A stretch of DNA of 64,000 nucleotides from Acidimicrobiales bacterium (GCA_020628865.1 JAHDEJ010000002.1:136643-200642), one strand, 5' to 3'. Positions 10,385 through 19,495 are shown, counted from the stretch's first letter. Made by a program: numbers and translations. Notes: generated from the sequence alone by a model not told the origin.

Positions 10385-11818
10385 ATGGAGACACTTCCCG
10401 ACGAAGGATTGGTTGCGTTCGTCAAGGAGGACTGCCCCACGTGCGTCCTCGTGGCCCCGGTGCTGGCCGAGTTGCGGGCGGCGGGTGAGGACATTGCGGT
10501 CATCACCCAGGACGACCCGGGCTTCCCGGCCGGGCTCGATGCCGTGCACGACGCCGACCTCGGCTTGTCGTGGCACAACGACATCGACACGGTGCCGACG
10601 CTGTTGCGGCGGGGCGGTGGCGCCGAGGCGGACCGCATCGTCGGATGGAGCCGGCCGGCGTGGGAGGAGTTCACGGGCGTCGACGGGCTCGGGGCGAACC
10701 TGCCGGAGCATCGGCCAGGCTGCGGCTCGCTGAGCGTCGACCCGGATCTTGCCGACACGCTCGCCGCCCGTTTCGACGGCACCGGCCTGGTGGCGCGGCG
10801 GGTCGAGTTCGCGTCGCAGGAGGACGAGTTCGAGGCGATGTTCGAGCGGGGCTGGAGCGACGGCCTCCCGCTGGTGCCGCCCACTCCGGAGCGGGTGTTG
10901 CGTATGCTCGCCGGAACCTCTCGTGCGGCCGACGACGTGGTTGCCATCGTTCCACCGGATCTGATCGAGGCCACGGTCGAGAAGGTGGCGATCAATGCGG
11001 TGATGGCCGGCTGTGCGCCCGAGTACCTGCCGGTGGTGATCGCGGCGCTCGAAGCGATCTGCACAGACGAGTTCAACATGCACGGCGTGCTGGCCACGAC
11101 GATGGGTGTTGGTCCGATCCTCATCGTGAACGGACCGATCCGCCACGAGATCGGGATGAACAGCGGCATGAACGTGCTCGGTCAGGGCAACCGGGCCAAC
11201 GCCACCATCGGCCGGGCCGTGCAGCTGTGCGTCCGAAACCTGGGTGGCGGTCGGCCGGGCGAGATCGACCGAGCCACACATGGTGGTCCGGCGAAGTTCG
11301 GCATCTGCTTCGCCGAGGACGAGGAGGGGTCACCCTGGACGTCGTTGGCCGAGTCACGCGGCTTCGATTCGTCGGCGTCCACGGTCACCGCATTCTGCGG
11401 CGAGTCGCCAAGGATCATCTTCGACCAGATGGCTCGCACACCCGAGGCGCTGCTCTCCTCGTTCGTGGCGACGCTGTTGGGCAACGTCCACCCCCGGCTC
11501 ACGGGCATGGACACCACGATCGTCGTGGCCCCAGAACACATGGCCCGCTTCCGGGATGCCGGCTGGGACCGTGCCCGCTTCCTGGAGGAACTCACCAGCC
11601 GGCTCATGGTCGACGTGGACGGCATCCTGCGCGGCGTGGACGGGATCGAGGAGGGCATTCCCCGAGGACTCGGCCTCGAAGGTGCGCAGCTGCCGAAGTT
11701 CCGCGAGATCCTCGTGGTCCACGCCGGCGGGCCCGCCGGGTTGTTCTCTTCCACCTTCGGTGGATGGGTGAGTGGTCCGATGGGTAGTGTGCCGGTCACG
11801 AAGGAGATCACACGATGA
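10385..11818 (+). CDS. Thioredoxin-fold (CPTC) domain fused to a ~350-aa domain I cannot assign to a family
   Basis: The N-terminus METLPDEGLVAFVKEDCPTCVLVAPVL...DTVPTLL is thioredoxin-like with a CxxC motif. The remainder (GWSDGLPLVPPT...AINAVMAGC...) is globular and plausibly coding. The stop overlaps the next start as ATGA. Confidence 0.7.
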   Translation: METLPDEGLVAFVKEDCPTCVLVAPVLAELRAAGEDIAVITQDDPGFPAGLDAVHDADLGLSWHNDIDTVPTLLRRGGGAEADRIVGWSRPAWEEFTGVDGLGANLPEHRPGCGSLSVDPDLADTLAARFDGTGLVARRVEFASQEDEFEAMFERGWSDGLPLVPPTPERVLRMLAGTSRAADDVVAIVPPDLIEATVEKVAINAVMAGCAPEYLPVVIAALEAICTDEFNMHGVLATTMGVGPILIVNGPIRHEIGMNSGMNVLGQGNRANATIGRAVQLCVRNLGGGRPGEIDRATHGGPAKFGICFAEDEEGSPWTSLAESRGFDSSASTVTAFCGESPRIIFDQMARTPEALLSSFVATLLGNVHPRLTGMDTTIVVAPEHMARFRDAGWDRARFLEELTSRLMVDVDGILRGVDGIEEGIPRGLGLEGAQLPKFREILVVHAGGPAGLFSSTFGGWVSGPMGSVPVTKEITR

Positions 11819-12336
11819 GCACGATGACGGTTCTGGATCCCACCGACGAGTCGGTCCCGCAGGAGCGGCCACGTGCTGCCCGGCCCGAGTCGCTGGCCGG
11901 TCTCACGATCGGCCTGCTCGACATCTCCAAACCCCGGGGCAACGTGTTCCTGAACCGGGTCGAGGAACGGTTGAACGGTCTGGACGCATCGGTCATCCGG
12001 TTCCAGAAGCCAACGTTCTCGAAGCCGGCACCGGTGGACCTTCGTCACGAGATCGCCAGCCAGTGCGATGCGGTGATCGAAGCGCTCGCCGATTGAGGTT
12101 CGTGCACGACGTGCAGTGTGCACGACATCACCAACCTCGAGCAGATGGGCCTTCCCGGCGTGTTCGTCGCCTCAGCACCGTTTGTCGATGCCGCCGAGGC
12201 GCAGGCGAACCGACTGGGGTTCGATGCCGCCCGCGTCTTCGTCGAGCATCCGATTCAGGATCGCACCGACGAGGAAATGGTGGCGATCGCCGACGAGGCG
12301 GTCGATGCGCTCATCGAACGGCTGACCGGCCCCTGA
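11815..12336 (+). CDS. UGSC-family selenoprotein (173 aa, selenocysteine at codon 94 encoded by TGA 12094-12096)
   Basis: Track ORFs 11815..12096 and 12118..12336 share one frame and are separated only by a TGA. Read-through gives ...EALAD-U-GSCTTCSVHDITNLEQMGLPGVFV.... A hairpin follows the TGA directly. Confidence 0.75.
12100..12125 (+). promoter_or_regulatory. Candidate bacterial SECIS hairpin
   Basis: TCGTGCAC (12100-12107) pairs with GTGCACGA (12118-12125). Inner pairs A12109-T12117 and C12110-G12116 close a 5-nt apical loop GTGCA. The stem begins 4 nt after the TGA. Confidence 0.45.
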
Positions 12337-12351
12337 GGCCGATGGCCGGAA

Positions 12352-13245
12352 TCAGCCGGCCTTGGCCATCCGACGTTCGAGCTTCTCTGCTCGGGCGATG
12401 AGGTTGCCGGGCATGGCGAGCACGGCCTCGCGCGCTTCGTCGGCTTCCGGGGTGAGGCCTTCGATCGACTCCAGCTTCCAGTCACGCATGACGGTGGTGA
12501 GGACCTTCTCGGCGTGGATGCGCAGGTCGTACACCTGGGCGCGGGCGGCGTAGGCGGCGCGCTTGCGGAAGTTCGGCACGACGGTGCCGGGCATGTTGAA
12601 GTTCTCGTAGACCTTCTTCATGGACAGCACGCACGCCGACGGGTCGTGCTGCATCATCGCCGACACGATGCCCTTGTAGAAGATGAAGTGGTAGTTCTCG
12701 TCGGCCGCCACACGCTTCATGATCTCGTAGGCGACTTCGTCGTCGGCCTTCACACCGGTGTTGCGGTGCGAAACGCGCGTGGCGAGCTCCTGGGCCGAGG
12801 TGTAGACGAAGATGTCGATCGGGTCGGTCCACGGGCTGTCCCAGCCTCGAGTCACGGTCTGCATGCGGGCGTCTTCGAGGGCGACGGGGTCGCAGTTGCG
12901 GCTGGTCATCAGGTAGTCGCGGATGACGATGGCGTGTTGGCCCTCTTCGGCGGTCCAGCGCCGGGTCCATCGGGAGATGGCCGAGTCTTCACCAAAGCCG
13001 CTGGCGATGGCGTAGTGGTAGTAGGGCAGGTTGTCTTCGGTCAGCAGGTTCAGGACGAGTGCTTCGCGCACCTCGGGGCTGATCGTGCACTGCGACTCGT
13101 CCCACGGCTCGTCGTTGTAGTTGCGGCCGATCTCCCATTGCACGAGGTCGTGGGCGTACCAGGTGGGCCGCTTGGCGATGTGGTCCGCCATGAGCGCTTC
13201 GATGTCGCCGTCGATGGCGGCCATGAGGTCGTGTCGCTCAGTCAT
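12352..13245 (-). CDS. Acyl-ACP desaturase (soluble di-iron, DesA-like)
   Basis: The translation MTERHDLMAAIDGDIEALMADHIAKRP...LLTEDNLPYYH...WTAEEGQHAIVIRDYL...AADENYHFIFY carries the EExxH di-iron motifs. The start at 13245 is preceded by a GGAG RBS. Confidence 0.85.
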   Translation of the reverse strand: MTERHDLMAAIDGDIEALMADHIAKRPTWYAHDLVQWEIGRNYNDEPWDESQCTISPEVREALVLNLLTEDNLPYYHYAIASGFGEDSAISRWTRRWTAEEGQHAIVIRDYLMTSRNCDPVALEDARMQTVTRGWDSPWTDPIDIFVYTSAQELATRVSHRNTGVKADDEVAYEIMKRVAADENYHFIFYKGIVSAMMQHDPSACVLSMKKVYENFNMPGTVVPNFRKRAAYAARAQVYDLRIHAEKVLTTVMRDWKLESIEGLTPEADEAREAVLAMPGNLIARAEKLERRMAKAG

Positions 13246-13417
13246 GCAGGTGTCTCCGAAAGGGGCGGCGATGCGGCTGAATCTATCGTACGGTGCCCGA
13301 CTCGGCGCCAATTGGTGTGTGCCGACTGTCGGCGCTGCCAGATCGGCGATGCGCCGATCGGACAATTCGAGGTCCGATGTCCGGCATCGCGCCCATCATG
13401 CGGTACCGTCGTCGAGC

Positions 13418-14032
13418 GTGAACGCAACCCTCATCGGTATCTGTGGAGGCAGCGGCTCGGGCAAGACCCGTTTGGCCAATGACCTCGCCGAGCAGCTCGG
13501 TTCCGACCGGGTGTCGGTTCTCCCGTTCGACGCCTACTACAAGGATCTTCGGCACCTCTCCATGGAGGAGCGGGCGCAGGTGAACTTCGATCACCCGGAT
13601 TCGCTCGACGCCGACCTGTTTGCGAGCCATCTCGAGGGTCTCGCCGATGGTCTCGACGTGTGTGTGCCGGTGTACGACTTCAATCGTCATCAGCGGGCCG
13701 ACGATCTGACGATCCTCCCGGCGAAGGAGATCGTCATCGCCGAGGGAATCCTGCTGTTTACGTTCCCCGAGCTCGTCGACCGGTTCGATCTGCGGGTGTT
13801 CCGCCGGGCGCCGGAGGATCTCCGTCTGTCCCGTCGCATGGATCGGGATGTGCAGGAGCGTGGCCGCTCGCCCGAGAGCGTCACGGCGCAGTTCAACGAG
13901 TCGGTGGCCCCGATGCACGACGAGTTCGTCGAGCCGTCGGCTGCGTGTGCACATCGTGTGGTCGAGCACACCGAGGAGCTGTCGACCGTCGTCGCCGAGC
14001 TCGCCGACAGCATCACGACCGTTCGGGTCTGA
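13418..14032 (+). CDS. udk: Uridine kinase
   Basis: It has the P-loop IGICGGSGSGKT plus NFDHPDSLD and RRMDRDVQERGRS blocks. The in-frame GTG at 13418 gives about 204 aa. The upstream part of track ORF 13121.. overlaps the desaturase gene. Confidence 0.85.
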   Translation: MNATLIGICGGSGSGKTRLANDLAEQLGSDRVSVLPFDAYYKDLRHLSMEERAQVNFDHPDSLDADLFASHLEGLADGLDVCVPVYDFNRHQRADDLTILPAKEIVIAEGILLFTFPELVDRFDLRVFRRAPEDLRLSRRMDRDVQERGRSPESVTAQFNESVAPMHDEFVEPSAACAHRVVEHTEELSTVVAELADSITTVRV

Positions 14033-14094
14033 CCGTTCGACGGGGCGAACCCGTCGATTCGGATGTGGGCGGCCAACGGCCTACGATCGTCCTC

Positions 14095-14382
14095 ATGACG
14101 CAGCGATCCGATTTCCTGGCGCCTGAGCGGCGATTCGTCGCTTCGGCTTCCACGGTGGACACCGATTCGGACACGATCACCCGTCGCGCTCGCATCGACG
14201 AGGGCGACCACGACAAGTTTGCGCACTACGCCCGCAAGAACGAGATCACCGAGGCGATGGTGACCGGCAAGGCCGTCACGGCGATCTGCGGGAAGAAGTG
14301 GGTGCCGACGCGCTCCCCCGACGACTTTCCGGTGTGCCCCGACTGCAAGCGGATCTACGACCAGCTGAAGCCTTCAGGCTGA
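14095..14382 (+). CDS. DUF3039-like small protein with a C-terminal CPDC motif
   Basis: The 95-aa product, MTQRSDF...DHDKFAHYARKNEITEAMVTGKAVTAICGKKWVPTRSPDDFPVCPDCKRIY, matches a conserved actinobacterial pattern from memory. Confidence 0.7.
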   Translation: MTQRSDFLAPERRFVASASTVDTDSDTITRRARIDEGDHDKFAHYARKNEITEAMVTGKAVTAICGKKWVPTRSPDDFPVCPDCKRIYDQLKPSG

Positions 14383-14389
14383 CCGCCGC

Positions 14390-16684
14390 GTGTTCCGTCT
14401 CACGGTCGGTCGGCGAATCGCCCTCGTGGTGGCGCTCGCCATCGGCGCGATCTCTCTGATCCTGCTCCTGGTGCTGCGGGCAAGCAGCAATCGGTCGGTC
14501 GACCGCGTGGCCGTCGATCTCGGCGCGATGTCGGCGTCGTTGGCCGAGGGCATCGAAACCGAGTTGGCTCGTGCCGGTGACCGGCTGGAGTTCGCCGCCC
14601 GAAGCACGAGCGATGCCGAGTTCACGAATGCGATCGAGCGCCTGAGTGCCACGGGGTTCGTGGCGGTCGAGTTGATGGACCCGAACGAGCCGCAGTCGAA
14701 CGTGGAGGTCACGAACAACTTCCTCCAGCGAGCGGCGGAGTCCACGGCCATCGGGTCGACCCGTGTTCTGGACGGTCGGGTCGGTGTGGTGGTTGGTTCG
14801 CCGATTCTCAGCGGAGAGCGGAGTGGCGAGGTGCTGGTCGGGGTGTACGACGCGGCGGACATCCTGTCGACGGTCGGCGCGGCACGGGTCGGCGAGAGCG
14901 GCGAGGCGCTGTTGTCGGTGCGAAACGCCGACGACAACCTGGTGATCTTCTCGCCTTCCCGCCACAACTCGGATGCGCCGATCGGCCGGATCGATGAGGA
15001 GACGGCGGCGTCGATCGAGGAGGCGTTCGAGGCGGAGGAGCCGCTCGTGCTCTCCTCGGCGTCGATCAACGGTCGCAGCTCGGTGAGTGTGCTTCGCGAA
15101 GTCGAGTCGCCCCGGTGGGTGATCCTCGCTTCGATCGACCGCGACGAGGTCCGTGTCGACGCGGTGCCGTGGTGGCTGCTTCCGGCGGTGGCGCTGGTCG
15201 GCGGGCTCGCTCTGATTCCGGTGGTGCTGTTGCGCCGGCGGTTGCGTGAGGTCGTTCGGGCGGCGCAGCAGCTTTCCCGTGGCCGACTCAGCACGGAGAT
15301 CGTCGACACGACCGAGGACGAGATCGGGTTGCTGGCCCGTACCCTGCAGTCGCTCGACGACCGGCTCCAGAGCGACACGGAGCAGCGGGGCCGCTCGGCG
15401 GCAATGCTGCAGCATCGAGCCACCCACGATCCGCTCACCGGTCTGGCGAATCGTGCTCGCCTGGTCGAGGAGCTCACGATCGCGTTGAACAACCGTGATT
15501 CGGTTGCCGTGCTGTTCTGCGACATCGATGACTTCAAGGGGATCAACGATTCGCAGGGTCATGAGGGTGGCGACATCGTCCTGAAGTTCGTTGCCAACCA
15601 GTTGGCGTCGGCCTGCGGTTCGACCGAGCTGATTTCCCGGTTCGGTGGCGACGAGTTCTGTGTGTTGTCCCGGTCGGAGCCGCATGAGGCGAGGGTGCTC
15701 GCGTCGGCGGTGGAGCGGGCGTTGGATGCCACGTGCATCGTCAACGGCAATCAGCAGAAGGTCGGCGGCAGCGTCGGTCTTGCGGTGGCGAAGGTGACGG
15801 ACACGCCCGACTCGTTGTTGAAGAGTGCGGACCTTGCGATGTATCGGGAGAAGGAGCGTCGCCGCGGCCTTCGTCGGGCGCAGCGTCGTGAGGACGATGA
15901 GCCGCAGATCTCTCCGGAGCAGATCCGGTTGGCGTTCCAGCCGGTGGTCGAGCTCGTGGAGAACTCGATCGTGGGTGTGGAGGTGTTGGCCCGCTACATG
16001 CATCCGGAGATGGGCATGCTCGACCCGTCGAGCTTCCTGCCGCCGGGCACCGAGCGGGGCATGTTCGACAAGTTCGACCTGGAGATCATGACCCGGTCGT
16101 TGGAGCAGCTGTCGCAGTGGTTGACCGATGGTGTGGTGGACGAGCGGTTCACGATGTCGCTGAACCTCTCCCCCGACCATGTGTCCGATTCGGATTCGAC
16201 TCGCCAGATCTTCGACATCATCCGGCAGCATCGGGTGCCGGCGTCGATGGTGCAGATCGAGGTGACGGAGCACATGCTGAGCGCCCATGCGGACGATCTG
16301 TTGAACTCGCTGAACCGGCTGCGGGAGAGCGGGTTGAAGGTGGCGATCGACGACTTCGGTGTTGAGGGTTCGAATGTGGATCGCCTGATTCAGATCCCGT
16401 CGGATGTGGTGAAGATCGATCGGTCGTATGTGTCGGACATCGACATCGATGAGCGGGCGGAGGCTCGCCTGAAGGCGATTCTGGACATCGTGGAGACGGA
16501 GGGCCTGCGGGCGATCGCCGAGGGTGTGGAGCGGCAGGGCCAGGCCCGGGTGCTCCGCAAACTGGGTGTCCCCTTCGGTCAGGGCTACCTCTGGCACGCC
16601 CCAATCTCCGCGCTCGCGTTGACGCCGCTCCTGGGAAGAGCAAGCCGATGGAGCCGAAAAAAGCCAGCCCCCCAAACCGACTGA
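14390..16684 (+). CDS. Membrane sensor with HAMP, GGDEF and EAL domains (c-di-GMP turnover)
   Basis: Two TM segments flank a ~230-aa extracytoplasmic domain. A HAMP domain (EDEIGLLARTLQSL), a GGDEF domain (RFGGDEF) and an EAL domain (EVLARY variant, DDFGVEGS) follow. The start codon is GTG. Confidence 0.9.
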   Translation: MFRLTVGRRIALVVALAIGAISLILLLVLRASSNRSVDRVAVDLGAMSASLAEGIETELARAGDRLEFAARSTSDAEFTNAIERLSATGFVAVELMDPNEPQSNVEVTNNFLQRAAESTAIGSTRVLDGRVGVVVGSPILSGERSGEVLVGVYDAADILSTVGAARVGESGEALLSVRNADDNLVIFSPSRHNSDAPIGRIDEETAASIEEAFEAEEPLVLSSASINGRSSVSVLREVESPRWVILASIDRDEVRVDAVPWWLLPAVALVGGLALIPVVLLRRRLREVVRAAQQLSRGRLSTEIVDTTEDEIGLLARTLQSLDDRLQSDTEQRGRSAAMLQHRATHDPLTGLANRARLVEELTIALNNRDSVAVLFCDIDDFKGINDSQGHEGGDIVLKFVANQLASACGSTELISRFGGDEFCVLSRSEPHEARVLASAVERALDATCIVNGNQQKVGGSVGLAVAKVTDTPDSLLKSADLAMYREKERRRGLRRAQRREDDEPQISPEQIRLAFQPVVELVENSIVGVEVLARYMHPEMGMLDPSSFLPPGTERGMFDKFDLEIMTRSLEQLSQWLTDGVVDERFTMSLNLSPDHVSDSDSTRQIFDIIRQHRVPASMVQIEVTEHMLSAHADDLLNSLNRLRESGLKVAIDDFGVEGSNVDRLIQIPSDVVKIDRSYVSDIDIDERAEARLKAILDIVETEGLRAIAEGVERQGQARVLRKLGVPFGQGYLWHAPISALALTPLLGRASRWSRKKPAPQTD

Positions 16685-16776
16685 CGACCCACCAAGCTGA
16701 GCCCAAGGGCTGAGGAAGGTCGCGAGTTCTGGAGCGAAGCGGAAGAACTCGGTGAGCGAACGCAGTGAGCGGCTCG

Positions 16777-16850
16777 TGCCCCCGGCAGGACTCGAACCTG
16801 CAGTCGACGGGATAGAAGCCCGTTGCCTTATCCATTTTGGCCACGGAGGC
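16777..16850 (-). tRNA. tRNA-Arg (anticodon UCU)
   Basis: The reverse complement GCCTCCGTGGCCAAAATGGATAAGGCAACGGGCTTCTATCCCGTCGACTGCAGGTTCGAGTCCTGCCGGGGGCA folds as a cloverleaf. The anticodon loop is CT-TCT-AT and the acceptor holds one G-U pair. Confidence 0.9.
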
Positions 16851-16932
16851 TGGCCGGTTCAGAGTATCGGGTCGGTGCGTTTTGAGTCATTCGACCGTCT
16901 TGGGAAATCGCGGTTTGTGCCGATTGTTTTTT

Positions 16933-19293
16933 GTGCCTCCAAGTTCTGGGCCTCATGCCCTTCCTGCGTCTGCTGAACGCTTTCTCGATGATCATCCGGA
17001 TGCGTTGGTTGTGGTGGTGGATGAGGTCGACTTCACCCGTCAGGAACGCTCGCAGTTCAACTTTCGCCTGAACCAGTTTGTGGAGGGTCCTCGGGTTGAC
17101 CGCCCGGAGACGTTGCGTGATGTGATCGCGGCGATTCGGGGGGCGCAGGAGTCGGGTGAGGCGCACACAGTGTTCCGTCTCGATGGCGTGAAGTGGTTCT
17201 ACTCGGTTGTGGATCTTCCGGGGACGGGTGCGCTCCTCACGATCTTTGATCGTGTGGATGGTTTGGGAGCGCAGGTCCATCGGACCCGAGGTGCCGCCGA
17301 CGCGGTGTTTCGGTTGACATGCGACGGCGCTTCGAACGTCCTCTCGGTGGACGACCGGTTCTGCGAAGCGATTGGAGTGCGGCCGCAGGACCTGTATGGG
17401 CGTCCGGTGCGTCAGATCCTCCATCCCGATTCTCGCGCTGATGGCCTGGAGGGTTGGTTCGAGGCGCTGGAGCATGGAACGGCGACTCGCCGCCTTCTGT
17501 TCGCTTCAGCCACGGAACAGGGCCGCAGTGGCTGGTATCAGGCGACGTGTTCGTTCCGTGATGACTCTCCCGAATCCGAAGTGGACATGGTCCTCGTTGA
17601 TGTGACCGCGGATGTTCGGGCGGCCGAGCAGCTTCGTGAGCGTGAGGCCGATCTGCGGACGATGGCCGCGACGGTCCCGATGGGGATCTTCCGGGCGACC
17701 CGTGACGGCAAGCTGCTCTATCAGAATGCTCGGCTGGCCGAGGTTTTCGGGCTGGATACGAGTGAGTCGATTCCCGTTGATCGTGTTGTCACGCTCGACG
17801 ATGAGCCGGTTCTGGATGCGTTGACTCGGATGTTGTCGGTGTCGCCGGAGGCGGTGTTGGACACGCAGCTGACGGTGGACGACCAGGTTCGGTACGTGCG
17901 ACTGCGGGTGCAGGTTGTCCAGAACACGGCGGGCGAGTTCGACATCGTCGGTTCGGCCGAGGACCTGACGGTGGAGATCGAACGGAAGGTTCGCCTCGAG
18001 TCGGAGGCCTTGACCGATCCGGTGACGGGTGCGGCGAACCGACGGAGCCTGGAGCTCACGTTGGACGAGGCGATTTCCTCCTGGTCTGCGGAAGCGCCGG
18101 TTGCCGTGCTGCTCTGCGACCTCGATGGCTTCAAGCAGGTGAACGATTCTCTGGGCCATGAGGCCGGCGATGCCGTGATCGCCGAAGTGGCGGCTCGTCT
18201 GCAGAAGATGTGCCGCCAGAGCGACCTGGTTGCCCGCCTCGGCGGAGACGAGTTCGTCGTGCTGGCGCGGGAGATGCCGGACTACGACCATGCGATGGAG
18301 TTCGCCGAGCGGATCCTGCCGGCGTTGCGCAAGCCCTTCCATTTCGAGGACAGCATCATCGAACTGTCCGGCAGCATCGGCGTGGCGATGACGTCGCCGG
18401 AATCGACCGTGCTGAGCATTCTCCAGATGGCCGATCACGCCATGTACGAGGCGAAGCGGTCGGGGCGCAACCAGGCCCGCCCGTACCATTCGCCCGACGC
18501 CACCAACGCGTTGTCGCCGCTTGCGCTTCGCCGCGATCTGCGGAAGGCGATCACCGACGATTCGCTCGATCTGGCCTTCCAGCCGATCTATGGCCTCGAC
18601 ACGGACCGGTATCAGTCTGCGGAGGCGCTGCTTCGGTGGAACCATCCGACGCAGGGGTGGATCAGCCCGTCGGTCCTCATCCCGATCGCCGAGCAGAGCG
18701 GTCTGATCCGTGATCTCGGCGACTGGGTGATCTCGACGGCGATCGGTTCTGCGTCGCTCGTGAACAATGGGGCGACGTTCGCCGACGCGATCCGTGTCGG
18801 GGTGAACATCTCGGCCATCCAGTTGGGCCGTCCGGAGCTCATCGATTCGGTGCAGGCTGCGTTGGAGTTCCATGGCGTGCCGCCGCAGTCCATCGCCTTC
18901 GAGCTGACCGAGAGCTACCTGATCGACCAGGTCGACAACGCCAGGGAAACTCTGGATGCCCTGTCGGACCTCGGCATCACCTTGGCGATCGACGACTTCG
19001 GCACCGGCTACGCCACGCTCGACTATCTGCTGTCGATGCCCATCGACGCCGTGAAGATCGACCCGACGTTCACGGAGCGCCTCTCGAACCCGCGGGCACT
19101 CACCATGGTGAAGGGTCTGACGAGTGCCTGCCGGGAGCTCGACATGGAAGTGATCATCGAAGGCGTGGAGAACGAACAGCAGCTCGAGTGGGCTCGGGAA
19201 GCGGGCGCCACCCACGCGCAGGGCTACCACCTCGGCCATCCGGTGAGTATCGACGGACTGCACCGCAACGTCGCCGAACGCAACGTGGCCTGA
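16933..19293 (+). CDS. PAS-PAS-GGDEF-EAL protein (c-di-GMP turnover); start uncertain
   Basis: It has GGDEF (RLGGDEF) and EAL (SAEALLRW, DDFGTGY) motifs. The track start at 16837 lies inside tRNA-Arg on the other strand, and no in-frame ATG follows for over 200 codons. In-frame GTG 16933 or TTG 16882/16900/16915 are the candidate starts. Confidence 0.8.
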   Translation: MPPSSGPHALPASAERFLDDHPDALVVVVDEVDFTRQERSQFNFRLNQFVEGPRVDRPETLRDVIAAIRGAQESGEAHTVFRLDGVKWFYSVVDLPGTGALLTIFDRVDGLGAQVHRTRGAADAVFRLTCDGASNVLSVDDRFCEAIGVRPQDLYGRPVRQILHPDSRADGLEGWFEALEHGTATRRLLFASATEQGRSGWYQATCSFRDDSPESEVDMVLVDVTADVRAAEQLREREADLRTMAATVPMGIFRATRDGKLLYQNARLAEVFGLDTSESIPVDRVVTLDDEPVLDALTRMLSVSPEAVLDTQLTVDDQVRYVRLRVQVVQNTAGEFDIVGSAEDLTVEIERKVRLESEALTDPVTGAANRRSLELTLDEAISSWSAEAPVAVLLCDLDGFKQVNDSLGHEAGDAVIAEVAARLQKMCRQSDLVARLGGDEFVVLAREMPDYDHAMEFAERILPALRKPFHFEDSIIELSGSIGVAMTSPESTVLSILQMADHAMYEAKRSGRNQARPYHSPDATNALSPLALRRDLRKAITDDSLDLAFQPIYGLDTDRYQSAEALLRWNHPTQGWISPSVLIPIAEQSGLIRDLGDWVISTAIGSASLVNNGATFADAIRVGVNISAIQLGRPELIDSVQAALEFHGVPPQSIAFELTESYLIDQVDNARETLDALSDLGITLAIDDFGTGYATLDYLLSMPIDAVKIDPTFTERLSNPRALTMVKGLTSACRELDMEVIIEGVENEQQLEWAREAGATHAQGYHLGHPVSIDGLHRNVAERNVA

Positions 19294-19365
19294 GGCCACG
19301 ATTTCCGGTCTCAGCTATCGTCATCGGCGTCGCCAACCTGTATGGTGAGAGCCGCTTCAAAGCAT

Positions 19366-19443
19366 GGTGGTTGTAGCTCAGTTCGGTAGAGCACCGCGTT
19401 GTGGTCGCGGCGGTCGCGGGTTCAAATCCCGTCAGCCACCCCA
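19366..19443 (+). tRNA. tRNA-His (anticodon GUG), with encoded G-1 and CCA
   Basis: The sequence G-GTGGTTGTAGCTCAGTTCGGTAGAGCACCGCGTTGTGGTCGCGGCGGTCGCGGGTTCAAATCCCGTCAGCCAC-C-CCA folds as a cloverleaf with anticodon loop TT-GTG-GT. The extra 5' G opposite discriminator C is the His identity element. Confidence 0.92.
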
Positions 19444-19495
19444 TGTCACAGAGGGGCATTCCGTCACGGGGTGTACCATCGGGTGACACAATCAA

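Noticed and set aside
12118-12336. Independent 72-aa gene starting at GTG 12118.
   Set aside because: It shares the frame of ORF 11815..12096, has no RBS, and the gap is only a TGA plus 7 sense codons that spell the UGSC motif. It is better explained as the C-terminal part of one selenoprotein.
16837-16932. ATG 16837 as the start of the second GGDEF-EAL gene.
   Set aside because: The codon lies within the tRNA-Arg gene on the opposite strand, so a downstream GTG or TTG start is more plausible.
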